Origin: Octopus bimaculoides
Taxonomy: Eukaryota
Direction: 5' to 3'
Length of the DNA: 64,000 bases
Assembly: GCF_001194135.2 (NCBI RefSeq)
Contig: NC_068988.1
Span: 86,037,480 to 86,101,479, forward strand
Of this stretch, positions 49,668-61,760 are shown piece after piece (positions within the stretch are counted from its first letter, which is position 1; every line of letters begins with the position of its first letter). Position numbers and translations under genes: made by a program. Below the pieces are notes generated by a model. The model had not been told where the DNA came from, searched no databases, and saw only the letters and a program-made list of their open reading frames with translations.

Positions 49668-50415
49668 GGCATCAAGCTGTTAGATCAGGTTATGAAAGTT
49701 ACTGAGAGGGTCATAGCCCAACTAATTAGGGAGCAAATCAATTTAGATGAGATGCAGTTTGGGTTCATGCCAGGTAAAAGCACTACTGATGCCATATTTC
49801 TAGTAAGACAGCTGCAGGAGAAATACCTAGCCAAGGATAAACCTCTGTACCTGGCTTTCATTGACATGGAGAAAGCCTTTGACAGGGTCCCCCGATCCCT
49901 TATCTGGTGGTCAATGAGGAAACTTGGGATAGAAGAATGGTTAGTGAGAGCTGTGCGAGCCATGTACAGAGATGCTGCCAGTAAGGTGAAGGTTGGAAAT
50001 GAGTACAGTAATGAATTNNNNNNNNNNNNNNNNNNNNNNNNNNNNNNNNNNNNNNNNNNNNNNNNNNNNNNNNNNNNNNNNNNNNNNNNNNNNNNNNNNN
50101 NNNNNNNNNNNNNNNNNNNNNNNNNNNNNNNNNNNNNNNNNNNNNNNNNNNNNNNNNNNNNNNCTTCAGGTAGATGGCCCTGCTCAGTATGTAGAAAAGG
50201 AGTAAGTAGTAACTCTATAAGATGTACCCGGTGCAAACTATGGACACATAAGAGGTGCAGCAATATCAAAGGCAGGTTAACTAGCAAGTTAGTTTTTGTT
50301 TGTGGCAGATGTTCAGGTGCAATAAAGACTGTAAACAAACAGGAAACAACTTCTATCTCATTTCAGGGTGAAAAACTAGAGGTAGTCGATAGTTTCCGCT
50401 ATCTGGGCGACCAAG
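49668..50415 (+). mobile_element. RTE (BovB-like) LINE reverse-transcriptase fragment with a Cys/His-rich insertion
   Basis: QFGFMPGKSTTDAIF, AFIDMEKAFDRVPR; after the gap WPCSVCRKGVSSNSIRCTRCKLWTHKRCS...FVCGRC, then LEVVDSFRYLGD. Confidence 0.9.
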
Positions 50416-51272
50416 AAATCACATAAAAAATCACATAAAAAATCTTGCAAACCAAATCCAAAAACAAAATATATATATATATATATATACACGCATGCAC
50501 ATATATAAAATAGGTTCAATTAAACATGCAGCAAAAAGAACTTTAACACGTTGCAACTTGCAGCTCAATACTTCACCAGTTCATAACAGATTGATTTAAG
50601 ATGGATGATCCATGAGAATTAGCTCTCTTAGCTGAATCTAACTAAATTCATCTGAAACTAGTAGCTAGAACAGGTATAAGCATGGTTGTATGCATTCCAG
50701 CCATGTAGTCTTGGATTCAGTCTCACTGTGTGACACCTTGGGTGTCTTCTACTACAGCCCTGGGTCAACCAGTGGAGGATTTTGTAGATGGAAACTGAAA
50801 GAAGTCCATCGTGTGTGTGTGATTGTATTTGTGTTACATTTACATCTCATGACCACGTGACAATAGATTTTGGCTTGTTCATATTCCCATAACTTGGCGG
50901 TCAAGCAAAAGAAACTGATAGGATAAGTACTAGGGAGGGTCAATTTGTTTGGCTTATACCCTTCAGGGTAGTTTTCTTAACATGACCACCATCCAAAACA
51001 AGTAGAAAATAAAAGGTAAAAGATAAAAGAATAAAGATGAAGTGGAAAAAGTTCAGGCAATTGTTACCTATACTGACAACAAATTAATTCTCTCACAGCA
51101 AGTAAATGGAAGCTTGTATGATACTTGTGTACAAAATGCCATATTGCATGGTTAAGAAACATGGACACTGAATGCAAATACTGGAAAAGAAATAAAGTGA
51201 GCTTGCTTCACTAGCTGCATAATGTCAGTGTACATGAACAGCAGAGCACAGAGAGGAAAATAAGGTTTAATC

Positions 51273-51669
51273 CAGTGATTCTCAACCATTTTTTTACCTA
51301 TGGATCCCTTTGTTTCCTATTTTACTCAGACAGACCCTCCTAGCCATTTGATGTTGAAAAAAATCGTATAATATTTCTATAATTATATATTACTACTTTG
51401 TTTTTGTATCGGGTTTGCAAGATTCTTTATGTGTTGAAACAAATTTTGTTGTATCTAGGAAGCATCATTATGCCAATATAATTAACACACACACTGGTTC
51501 AATTCCATTCCTTTATTATTAGTCAATTGATTAAATATCCAACTAACTAACCGATTGTTTTGTTTTTGTTTGTCAAAGTTCTTCAAACCAATTTATTTCC
51601 GATAAATTTTAACACCAAAATTTTATATCAACTCCCAAGGGTCATGTGGACCCCGGTTGAAAACAACTG
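51273..51669. mobile_element. hAT (Buster-type) MITE with the same ends as 24943-25595
   Basis: TIRs cagtgattctcaacc / ggttgaaaacaactg; shared subterminal ggtcat.tggaccccggttga; degenerate TSD gtttaatc/atttaacc. Confidence 0.8.
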
Positions 51670-51779
51670 ATTTAACCCTTTGCCTCTCCAAAGCATTTTC
51701 ATATGTTTGTCCTAAATGTCTATGCTTGTTTTCAGATTTCTAGTTGGCCCTTGTTTCATATGTTCTGAAGAATATAAAG

Positions 51780-52150
51780 CTTTCTTTTCATAAGTCCTTA
51801 GTTACTCTGATGGGTGAAAAATATTGCAAATGTGCATCATATATGATTCATGGATGCCAGGGAAATATGTCCCGTGTGTCATGTGATACACAGGAGAGGA
51901 GAAGGAGTAAGAGGCTTTATACATAGTATACAAAAGGGTACACTATATTGGTGCAAGCATAAGACGCATGCAGTGGATGACTGTTGTATAAAGAAATACC
52001 AAGCAATTAAAGCAGAAGGAATCTGTAGAAGAAGAAGATGTGAAAGAGGTTGTGAGCTGAATTGCACAAAGGGAGTGACAAGGATCTACAACAACTAGCT
52101 AAAAGTTATGCTTGAAAAGACTTGCCCAAACCCATGTAAGTACGGAAATA
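51780..52150 (+). mobile_element. Highly decayed RTE C-terminal fragment
   Basis: IHSIQKGTLYWCKHKTHAVDDCCIKKYQAIKAEGICRRRR aligns by eye with RSISCGVQERRLRWYGHVVRMEEDSCVKKCHTLTVEGTRGRGR at 63669-63944. Confidence 0.55.
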
Positions 52151-52440
52151 ATAATAATTATAATCTTTTCTACTGGAAGCACAAGGCCTCAAATTTGGAG
52201 GAAGGGTTTAAGTCAATTACATTGATCCCAGTGCGTAACTGGTACTTATTTAATCAATACCAAAAGGATGAAAGGCAAAGTTGACCTCGGCAGAATTTGA
52301 ACTCAGAACGTAGTGACAGGCGAAATACCACAATAATAATAATAATAATAATAATATTCTATAAAGATTGATGTAAATCTTCATGAAGGTAAATAAACAA
52401 CAAGAAGAGCACAATGCAATTGTAATAGATTGTTTATTGG

Positions 52441-52486
52441 TTTGAACGATATTTCAACAACTCACCTGTCTTTTTTCAAGTCCAAA
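52441..52486 (-). ncRNA. Minimal type-I hammerhead-like motif, U3:A8 variant (left copy)
   Basis: Reverse complement: TTTGGAC-TTGAAAA-AA-GACAG-gtgag-TTGTT-GAAA-TA-TC-GTTCAAA. Confidence 0.6.
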
Positions 52487-52858
52487 ATGTAAAATGAAGA
52501 AATTCAAAAATTCAAAATTATGACCAAGGAGAGCCTGCATTTCCACTTTGACAGGATGACATAATCAGGCTTCAGTTTCGCAACTGACAAAAGGTAAAGG
52601 AGAGAAAAGAAAAAAAAAAAAAGAATATTTAGTTGAACAGTTTTGTGTAAATGTGATGAAATTCACCTGGAGGAATGATTAAAATGGCAGGTGAATTTCA
52701 TTTACACAAAACTGTTCAACTAAATATTCTTTTCTTTTTTCTCTCCTTTACTTTTTGCCAGTTGCAAAATTGGAAACTGATGATGTCATTCTGTCAGAGT
52801 GAGAACACAGGATCCCCTTGTTCATAGTTTTGAATTTTTGAATTTCTTTATTTTACAT

Positions 52859-52903
52859 TTTGAACTTGAAAAAGACAGGTGAGCTGTTGAAATATCATTC
52901 AAA
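52859..52903 (+). ncRNA. Minimal type-I hammerhead-like motif, U3:A8 variant (right copy)
   Basis: TTTGAAC-TTGAAAA-A-GACAG-gtgag-CTGTT-GAAA-TA-TC-ATTCAAA. Confidence 0.6.
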
Positions 52904-53295
52904 CCAATAAATAATNNNNNNNNNNNNNNNNNNNNNNNNNNNNNNNNNNNNNNNNNNNNNNNNNNNNNNNNNNNNNNNNNNNNNNNNNNNNNNNNNNNNN
53001 NNNNNNNNNNNNNNNNNNNNNNNNNNNNNNNNNNNNNNNNNNNNNNNNNNNNNNNNNNNNNNNNNNNNNNNNNNNNNNNNNNNNNNNNNNNNNNNNNNNN
53101 NNNNNNNNNNNNNNNNNNNNNNNNNNNNNNNNNNNNNNNNNNNNNNNNNNNNNNNNNNNNNNNNNNNNNNNNNNNNNNNNNNNNNNNNNNNNNNNNNNNN
53201 NNNNNNNNNNNNNNNGATGATAATGAAGATGATGACAATGAGGATGAGAATGATGATGATGATTCTAATGATAATAATGACAATAATAATCATGA

Positions 53296-53493
53296 TTTCA
53301 AATTTTGGCACAAGGCCAGCAATTTCGGGGAAGGAGTAAGACTCCAGTACTCAACTCGTACTTATTTAATCGACCCCGAAAGGATGAAAGGCAAAGTTGA
53401 CTTCGGCAGAATTTGAACTCAGAACGTAAAGACAGACAAAATACCGCTAAGCATTGTGCCCGGTGTGCTAACAATTTTGCCATCTTGCTGCCA
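53296..53493 (-). mobile_element. SINE family D
   Basis: Well-preserved reverse-complement copy (ttcaaattttggcacaaggccagc...atttgaactcagaacgtaaagac). Confidence 0.85.
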
Positions 53494-53899
53494 TGACAAA
53501 GATGATGGTGAAGAAGAAGAAGAAGATGATAATGAAGATGATGATTTATGATGATAATGAAGATGATGACAATGAGGATGAGAATGATGATGATGATTCT
53601 AATGATAATAATAATAATTTGTGAATTGCTTCACAAAGATAAGAATGCTTAAAACATTGTGCAGAATGTATACATTTAGATAGAATATAATGGATAAATA
53701 TTTGTTCTCTTGCATGTTTAAATAAAACCAAATCTTTCTCAGAACACTTCTTTCACCTTTATAACGGGACAAATGTGTTCCTAAATGTGTACAAAAAGAC
53801 AAAATGGTCATTATTGGACCATCTTAGGTCACAGGTCTGCCCAATCCATGTTGACCTGATGCTAAACGACAACAAAACAACAATATTAATTGATATCAT

Positions 53900-54180
53900 C
53901 ATCATCATCGTCATCATCATTTAACATCCATTTTCCATGCTGGCTTGACAGGACTGGCAAGGTCAGGGGTCACACCAGGTTTCATAGTCTGTTTTGTCTT
54001 GGTTTCTATGGCTGGATGCCCTTCCCAGCACCAACCACCCCACAGAGTGTACTGGGTGCTTTTTATGAGACACCATCGCCAGTGCTTTTCACATGGCACC
54101 ATAAACAATAATTTTTACATGGCACCATCACCAGTGATTTTTACATGGCACTAGCATCAGTGCTTTTTATGTGGCACCTT
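53900..54180 (-). mobile_element. RTE 3' UTR fragment with internal ~20-bp tandem amplification
   Basis: catcatcatcgtcatcatcatttaacatccattttccatgc...; repeated ttt(t)acatggcac units at ~54085-54180. Confidence 0.7.
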
Positions 54181-54849
54181 GGTTTTTTAGAATCTCGCAT
54201 TTTGCAGCTTATACTAAGTTAAAGTCCTTTTGTAGGTTATGGAAAAATGACAGACAGGGGATGTATGACTGACTAATCTACAGCCTAGATATACAGTCTA
54301 TCAGTGTTTAGTGGTGTCACAGTAACCCAAAAGGGTTTATGGCACTCAAAGATTATAGAATATAGCATGCATGGCCTTCCATACATGTGCTGTAAACGAT
54401 AAGGAAGATTTAAGCAAAGAAGGAATGAGAGAAAGAAAGAGCCAGGTTGAGAAGGGGGAAAAGAGATAAATAGGTAAATGATAGGTAACTAGAAAGTGGG
54501 GAGGGGGGGGGGGGGCTACGATGTAATTTCATTTCATACAAAAACATTGGGAAAAACCTTATTTGTGTGTTGTAAGTTGCTAGACCCAGCAGTTTGTGTA
54601 AAAGTGCATGCATGCATGTGTGTGTGTGTGTGAGCGTGAGCTTATGTGCATGAATGTGTGAGAGCATGTCTGCACTTGTGTTGCACCTGCCTTGCAAGTA
54701 AATTTAGTAGACATGTGTATGTTATGTGTGTGTAAATATATATACGAGTGTGTGTTCATGTGTATTTAAGTGTATAGTTGTGTCTGTGCATATGTACCTA
54801 ATTTGTGTAAGTGTGTGTTTAGCTAGTTTGTGAGTGTAATTAGTTATTT

Positions 54850-54885
<36 letters not shown>

Positions 54886-56158
54886 TAAATGTGTATATGT
54901 ACCTAGTGTATATGTGTGTCTACTGATTTTGTATATGTGTGTAGTTACTTTTTATGTACATGTTGTATATCAAGCTAGCTGGTATGTATTTGTCTTAGCA
55001 ATTGGTGTGCACGCGCATGTGTGTGTGCGTGTGTGCATGCATGCATGCATGCGTGTGTGTGTGTTTAGTTGGCTTGAAAGCTGTTATTATGTTCTCCTGT
55101 TTCACGTTTTATCTTACCCCACTTAACAAGATGTAGAAAGTTAAATTGATAAGCAGTGATTCAAACCTGCAAATACAGGAAAGCAGAGAATACTATAAAT
55201 ATAGACTAGTGAATTTATACACAGCCTACCTGATCAGGGTGATAGTAGAATTGTTCTTGTTATTCTCTTTTACATTTCTTTTTGTCAGGTAGAGGAAGAC
55301 AAGGTCCATGATCTGTCTTTACAGGGACTTCAAGACTGATGGCACATAGTAAGAGATGAAGGTACTCTCAAACTGGAACCCTGACTCAAAGGTTTGTAGC
55401 AGAATGGACTCCACTAAAGGCATTATAGCTGTCAGATAGTGGCATTAAATTGGGCTAAGAATTAAATCTACCACCTAAATGGGTCATGTGGGTATTTGAA
55501 CTTAGAACACAAAGCGCAGGATCAAATACCATGAGGTAGTCAGTACGATACGTTTTTACCATTCTGGTAATTTGCTGCTCTGGTTTGGCACTTTTTTTTT
55601 TTTACTTTGAAAAGACAAAGGGCAACCTCAGTGGGATTTGAACTCAGTGCGTAGAGAACCAGAATGAATGCCCTAAGTCTTCCTGTCAAGCAAATCTGCC
55701 AATTCACTGCCTTGTAGGCCATTACAGGATTTAAAATCATAATGCAAAGAGCTAAAACAAGGTATCTTGTCTGAGATTCTTATGTTTTAGGCAATTCATG
55801 GCTTCATAATGGTTTACAGTATACTTAGATTTAACAATAACCATTTGACATTGATAATCAAAATTTGGGAAAATATTTTATGTTTACAGCTGTCCATACT
55901 TACAGTTTGCATCTCCAGTCTGTAACCCCAATCTTGTCCAGAACCTTGATCTATTGGAAGCCATCCAAATGACTTGCAATCAGACAAACTACTTCCGTCA
56001 GTCACTTACTGTATCTTGAATGTATTGCTTCTCAGGGTATTGATACACTAAAGTTCCAATGTAGCAGCTGACATGGTAGAAGTGCACAAGATTATGCACC
56101 ATCTTTCAAAAAATGACTTTAGCCACCTTTTTTATTCAATATCTCTAATCGTCTAGGA

Positions 56159-56455
56159 CAGGGGTTTTCAAACTGTGGTCCGCGGACCACGGGGGGTCCG
56201 CAAGGACAAGACAGGGGGTCCATGGACAGCAAATACTTTTTATGAGCAATTTGATTTTATATATGTTTTTTAATCGAAATCTTTTAATTGACAATAAACC
56301 TATTTGTTAAATATTGTTAAATAAATAAATGTAAAAATATATGTTATTTTAAGCAAATATTTATGTATAAATTTCATAAGCGTTTATAAGGGGGTCCCTA
56401 AGGTAAAGCCTGAAATATAAAGGGGTCCGCAAGTCAGAAAGTTTGAAAACCCCTG
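56159..56455. mobile_element. 297-bp hAT (Buster-type) MITE
   Basis: Perfect 16-bp TIR caggggttttcaaact; exact 8-bp TSD gtctagga at 56151-56158 and 56456-56463. Confidence 0.95.
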
Positions 56456-56790
56456 GTCTAGGACATGCTTTTATAATCAAAATGCAGAAGAAACCCATAA
56501 TTTTTGGAAAGCAATTTTTCACAATCAGAATTATCGAAGTATGTAACAAACTATTGATATCAGTTGTTAGCTGTCAGGATACTGCAACCTTCAAAAATTG
56601 CATGTTTTCTGAAATTTGCCAACATTACTCCTGATGTACCTATGAACCATTTCCTTTCTACGGCTCTTTTACTGATTGTTTTACAGTTTTTTTCAATGTT
56701 TGAATATCATTGCAATCTTTGTTTACTTGATTTATGGCTGCTTTCTGTTCTATTTTTATCCTTTTCTAACAAATTATGTGCACCAGAGTG

Positions 56791-57176
56791 TTATTGTTGG
56801 CACTCCGTCGCTTACGACGTCGAGGGTTCCAGTTGATCCGATCATCGGAACAGCCTGCTCGTAAAATTAACGTGCAAGTGGCTGAGCACTCCACAGACAC
56901 GTGTACCCTTAAAGTAGTTCTCGGGGATATTCAGCATGACACAGTGTAACAAGGCTGACCCTTTGAATTACAGGCACAACAGAAACAGGAAGTAAGAGTG
57001 AGAGAAAGTTGTGGTGAAAGAGTACAGCAGGGTTCGCTACCATCCCCTGCCGGAGCCTCGTGGAGCTTTAGGTGTTTTCACTCAATAAACACTCACAACG
57101 CCCGGTCTGGGAATCGAAACCACAATCCTATGACTGCGAGTCCACTGCCCTAACCACTGGGCCATTGCACCTCCAC
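56791..57176 (-). mobile_element. SINE family B (long form), young copy
   Basis: Reverse-complement head gtggaggtgcaatggcccagtggttagggcagtggactcgcag...ggtttcgattcccagaccggg; tail ...acggagtgccaacaataa. Confidence 0.9.
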
Positions 57177-57644
57177 GCTCCAGCGTATTGTATACAATAA
57201 GCTCACAAAATTGTTAGTGTGTCGGACAAAATGTTTAGTGGCATTTCTACCAGCTTTACACACTGAATTCAAATTCCACTAAGGCCAATTTTGTTTTTCA
57301 TCATTTCAGGGTTGATAAATTAAGTACCAGTGAAACACTAGGGTTGACATAATTGACTAGTCCCCTCGCACAAAATTTCAGGCCTTGCATCTTTAGTAGA
57401 AAGGTTTATTATTGAGTGAGAGAGCAGCGTATGCCATCAAAGTGACACTGGGGTACAAATATACGAAGCCCAATATACCCATCATGACTACCTGTCTGAT
57501 AAAGGTACACCAGGCACATGCATCACAACCATATGTGTGCAACATGGTGATTTCATATCAAGATAAACTGTGCATGACCTTGCATCAGGGTATGGCCATG
57601 AGAACCAGTGCCTGATATTGCATCAGGATTATGATTATTATTAT

Positions 57645-57813
57645 TATTCAGTAGTTTTATTTTTATAACGTGCTTTCACTTCACTACCGAGCGCAGCTCT
57701 GTGCGCCTTGGGTATGTGCTGTGGTTTGCTGTGGTGCTCTTATGTTTACTGTATTGAAAGTGTTTTGCGTAGAATGTGTGCAGTACCCAGTAGTGCAATT
57801 TTCTGTATGTTAT
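57645..57813 (-). mobile_element. R4/Dong 3' end between (ATT)n tracts
   Basis: Reverse complement of ~6010-6170. Confidence 0.8.
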
Positions 57814-57816
57814 ATG

Positions 57817-57870
<54 letters not shown>

Positions 57871-57939
57871 GTTATTTTTACTTTTAATTTGCATCTTTGT
57901 TACAGTCACTTGCTGAGACTATGGTACTGCTACACCAGT

Positions 57940-58215
57940 CATTAGGTATGACTCCTTCATGGACCACCTGATTTACAATACAGGTGGCTAGACCATAACC
58001 CACACCACATCTCAGCGGTGATTTCTAATGGACCAGGGGCTTTCCCTGTCTTCATATCCTTAATTGTTCTATCTACCTGGGTACTGTCAATTCGGATAGC
58101 TGGTCCCTCAGTTGGGCCAAGATTTGGCGGACTCTCCTCCTCCTATTCCTTCTCCACATTCAGCAGTCTTTCATATGGCATCTCCACTTTCTTTCTTTGC
58201 AGACTTGGGTGTTGG
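57940..58215 (-). mobile_element. RTE RT N-terminal fragment
   Basis: Minus-strand YERLLNVEKE...PTEGPAIRIDSTQVDRTIKDMKTGKAPGP. Confidence 0.75.
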
Positions 58216-58384
58216 AGAAGATCAACTAGCCACTCTTTCCTAGAGACCTTTCGACCCGAGACCAATGGATAATTTCCCAAAATCTCTGGCCCGACAGTGC
58301 TACCAGGGAGCTTTGCCAATTTGAGACAAACTTTACAGGCATAGAAGTGCCATCAGTCAAGCATGTCCAAGATGCGTGAAGGAT

Positions 58385-58900
58385 GACATAACAGTCCTGC
58401 ATGCACTTGTCCAGTGCCCAAGCACTGCTGACCTGTGGGTTTATGTTGTCCACCACCACTAGGTCCAGTCTGTTATGCTCTAGCACCAGATCTGTTTGGA
58501 TTAGGAAATCCCAGAGGATTTTATTAGTCTCTGACTCTGCCACTCTCTGTGGTTTGTGCTCATACCATGTCTTGCCTCTCTCTAGCCCCCACCTTTTGTA
58601 GTTTCCAATGTAACATTTTCATTACCTGGTCATGTCACCACAACCTGTAGTGGTTTGGGGCAAGTCTCGGGCATTCATTCATGATATAGGCAATGGTTTC
58701 ATCATCCACTCTATTGCAGATGCAGCACAGCAGAGACGCTTGCTCATTCCTCAGGTTAACCCACCTGTTCGTGGCCAGAGCTTGGTCCTGCATTGTATAG
58801 TGCTCATAGTACAGTGCTCATGGTCTCTTTTTTTAGGGTTCCTTTCATCAGCCAACCCCTCCTATTTTCTCCAGCAACTTCTGTTGTGGCTACATGGAAT
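58385..58900 (-). mobile_element. Third R4/Dong family fragment (CCHC and RLE)
   Basis: Minus-strand GWLMKGTLKKET, CNRVDDETIAYIMNECPRL, HKPQRVAESETNKILWDFLIQTDLVLEHNRLDLVVVD. Confidence 0.75.
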
Positions 58901-59234
58901 TGATGGTGTAGTCCCATCTTGTGTAATTCTTGAATGTTGGAAGAATGGCCAGTGTGAAAGGACCAATTCTAAGCATACACCTGTAAGAAAGGAATTAAAG
59001 GAGAAGGGCTCTTGCCCTGTTGATCAGGCACCTGTGGCTTTTGTGGGTTTTTCTACAAGGACCTTAAAGTACCTCCCCTATTGGGAGTTTTAATTTGTTC
59101 AATTTTAATTGTTATTTATATTGTTTACATGCGGAAAACTCATTGTATCGTCCTGTTTTTGTCTTTTATGTTGTTGTATGTCATTTAATGTTTTTGTATG
59201 TCAGCCCTTGTGGCTAATAAATGAATAAATCATC

Positions 59235-59650
59235 ATCATCATCATTTTCATTTTCAGTAGTCTTATTTTTATCACGTGCTTTCACTGCACTATTGAGTGC
59301 AGCTCTCTCTGCCTTGGGTATGTGCTGTGGTTTGTTGTGGTGTTCTTATTTTCACTGTATTGAAAAAAATTTATGTAGGATGTGTGCGGTGCCTAGTAGT
59401 GCTATTTACTGTATATTATATACACTTGTAAGTCCTGGTGTTTTTGTTATGTATTTCTCTGAATATTTTTCTTTTTTTTTATCATACCTAATGCACCTAC
59501 AATTATAGGAATCATTTCTGTTTTTAGGCTCCACATTTGAGTTACCTCTATTTTCAATTCTTTGTATTTTGAAAGTTTCTCCATTTCTTTTAGAGAAACA
59601 TTGTCATCTGTTGATATTGATACATCGATTAGAAGGCATAGCATTATTAT
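59235..59650 (-). mobile_element. R4/Dong 3' fragment (same family as 5869-6182)
   Basis: LIDVSISTDDNVSLKEMEKLSKYKELKIEVTQMWSLKTEMIPIIVGALG plus the 3' UTR. Confidence 0.8.
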
Positions 59651-59979
59651 CATTAATTATTATTATTTCATGTTTAGAACAATGGTTCTAAAACAGTCCA
59701 CTGCAGTGCAATGGTGTGCTGCATGTTGTATTTAAGTGCATGCAGACAGACAGGCTGACTGATTTTTCAGCAGACACACAAACAGGCATAGCTAGGTGGC
59801 TGGATTGATTGATAAATAGACAGTCGACCAAACTGATAGATTTTGGTCAGATATTTAGGTAGGCAGGAGGTAGACTGACAGATAGACAGGCTGCTTGACA
59901 GACAAATAAGTCAATGCTCACATATATAATACATCTTTAACATATGAAGTATTAGAAAGCTAACAAGAAGTAAATAGTA

Positions 59980-60216
59980 GATAAGATAGATAGACAGACA
60001 GACCGACAGATAGATAGATAGACTGGAGTCTGGTGCAGCCCCTCAGCTTACCAACCCTGGTCAAACTGTCAAATCCATACCAGCACGGACAATGGATGTT
60101 AAATGATGATGATGATAGATAGATAGATAGATAGATAGATAGGTAGGTAGGTAGATAGATAGATAGATAGATAGATAGACAGACAGTCAAACAGACAGAC
60201 AGACAGACAGACAGAC

Positions 60217-60282
<66 letters not shown>

Positions 60283-60394
60283 CGATAGACAGACAAACAT
60301 AGACAGATAGACAGACAAACATAGACAGACATGCAGGCAGGCAGACAGACAAACAGATAGATAGACAGTCAGATATCTAGGCAGACAAGCAAAC

Positions 60395-60439
<45 letters not shown>

Positions 60440-60440
60440 C
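59980..60440. repeat. Compound (GATA)n/(GACA)n/(GA)n microsatellite with an embedded RTE tail
   Basis: Direct reading; RTE-tail remnant at ~60020-60115. Confidence 0.85.
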
Positions 60441-60767
60441 AGGTTGACTGATGGGTAGTCAGGCAGATAGACTGTTAGATAGACAGGTAAGTAAGTGTTA
60501 ACATATTTAATACAGCAGAGCATTAGAAAGCTAATTAGTAATAAATATGTGGATAAATTGATAAACTGCCTGTTGTGGATGTTAATATACTTAGTGTTAG
60601 GAGCCAAAAATGAAAATTAATGATAGATATTTACACCAAATGGAATATTTTTCCTACCATCTGGAACAGCGCTGCTGCTATGCAGACACACATCATGGAC
60701 CACTTTCAGAGAAGAGCTACCCAACTAATTACAGTTCAATATGAAGCAGACATTAAATAGTCTACAG

Positions 60768-61161
60768 CAGTGGTTCCCAAACTTTTTAGAGACGCGCCCC
60801 ACTATTTATGACACCAGTTTATGGCGACTCACTTAACTCTACTGGGTAAAAACATTAATGAAAGAAACAAATTTATTTCAGATTACATTTTCATTGAGGC
60901 CTGTGAGAAGGATGAGCTTGTTTCTTGCTACGCTCAATAATAGAATTAACATCAGGTTCAATGCGTGATAGTTTCAGCTGTAAAGAATTTGAGAGCTGCA
61001 GTTTATTTCGAAATTTGCTTTTAATCCCAACCATTGCTGAAAATCCAGCTTCACAATTATATGATGACACGAAAGGGAGAAGTACTTTTAATGCTTCAGT
61101 GGAAATGATTGGGTACGGGGTTTGAAGAGACGCCCAGGACTGTACCAATTTTCGGGTGGTA
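60768..61161 (-). mobile_element. hAT (Buster/Charlie-like) transposon end with C-terminal dimerisation-domain coding remnant
   Basis: TIR cagtggttcccaaact after gtctacag (central TA); minus-strand ALKVLLPFVSSYNCEAGFSAMVGIKSKFRNKL...QAHPSH; runs into an N-gap. Confidence 0.85.
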
Positions 61162-61517
61162 NNNNNNNNNNNNNNNNNNNNNNNNNNNNNNNNNNNNNNN
61201 NNNNNNNNNNNNNNNNNNNNNNNNNNNNNNNNNNNNNNNNNNNNNNNNNNNNNNNNNNNNNNNNNNNNNNNNNNNNNNNNNNNNNNNNNNNNNNNNNNNN
61301 NNNNNNNNNNNNNNNNNNNNNNNNNNNNNNNNNNNNNNNNNNNNNNNNNNNNNNNNNNNNNNNNNNNNNNNNNNNNNNNNNNNNNNNNNNNNNNNNNNNN
61401 NNNNNNNNNNNNNNNNNNNNNNNNNNNNNNNNNNNNNNNNNNNNNNNNNNNNNNNNNNNNNNNNNNNNNNNNNNNNNNNNNNNNNNNNNNNNNNNNNNNN
61501 NNNNNNNNNNNNNNNNT

Positions 61518-61760
61518 GGTAGACGGAAACTGAAAGAAGCCTGTCGTATATATGTATATATATATATATATGTATGTGTGTTTGTCTGTCTGTGTTTGTC
61601 CCCCCACCATCGGTTGACAACTGATGCTGGTGTGTTTAGGTCCCCGTAACTTAGCGGTTCGGCAAAAAGAGACCAATAGAATAAGTACTAGGCTTACAAA
61701 GAGTAAGTCCTGGGGTCGATTTGCTCGATGGCCGCAGATAAGTAAAAGAGTAAAAGAGTA
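61518..61760 (+). mobile_element. SINE family A, partial
   Basis: ggtagacggaaactgaaagaagcc...gtaaaagagtaaaagagta. Confidence 0.8.

Larger units (their letters stand above)
52429..52915. repeat. ~490-bp palindrome (arms 52429-52669 and 52688-52915) with outward-facing hammerhead motifs
   Basis: The arms are reverse complements across an 18-bp spacer; the right arm runs into an N-gap. Confidence 0.9.

Noticed and set aside
52775-52815. Second CTGATGA core inside the palindrome arm
   Set aside because: Stem II and the GAAA/NUH register disagree between the two arms; left as unproven.
53216-53612. Asp/Glu- or Ser-rich low-complexity ORFs (also poly-Asn, Ile and Tyr ORFs at 5.6 and 57.8 kb)
   Set aside because: These are translations of trinucleotide microsatellites with no splice or domain support.
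56980-57176. tRNA-like heads with A/B boxes (also at 18337-18645, 33255 and 38800)
   Set aside because: They continue into SINE bodies and do not give a complete cloverleaf with acceptor stem; not tRNA genes.
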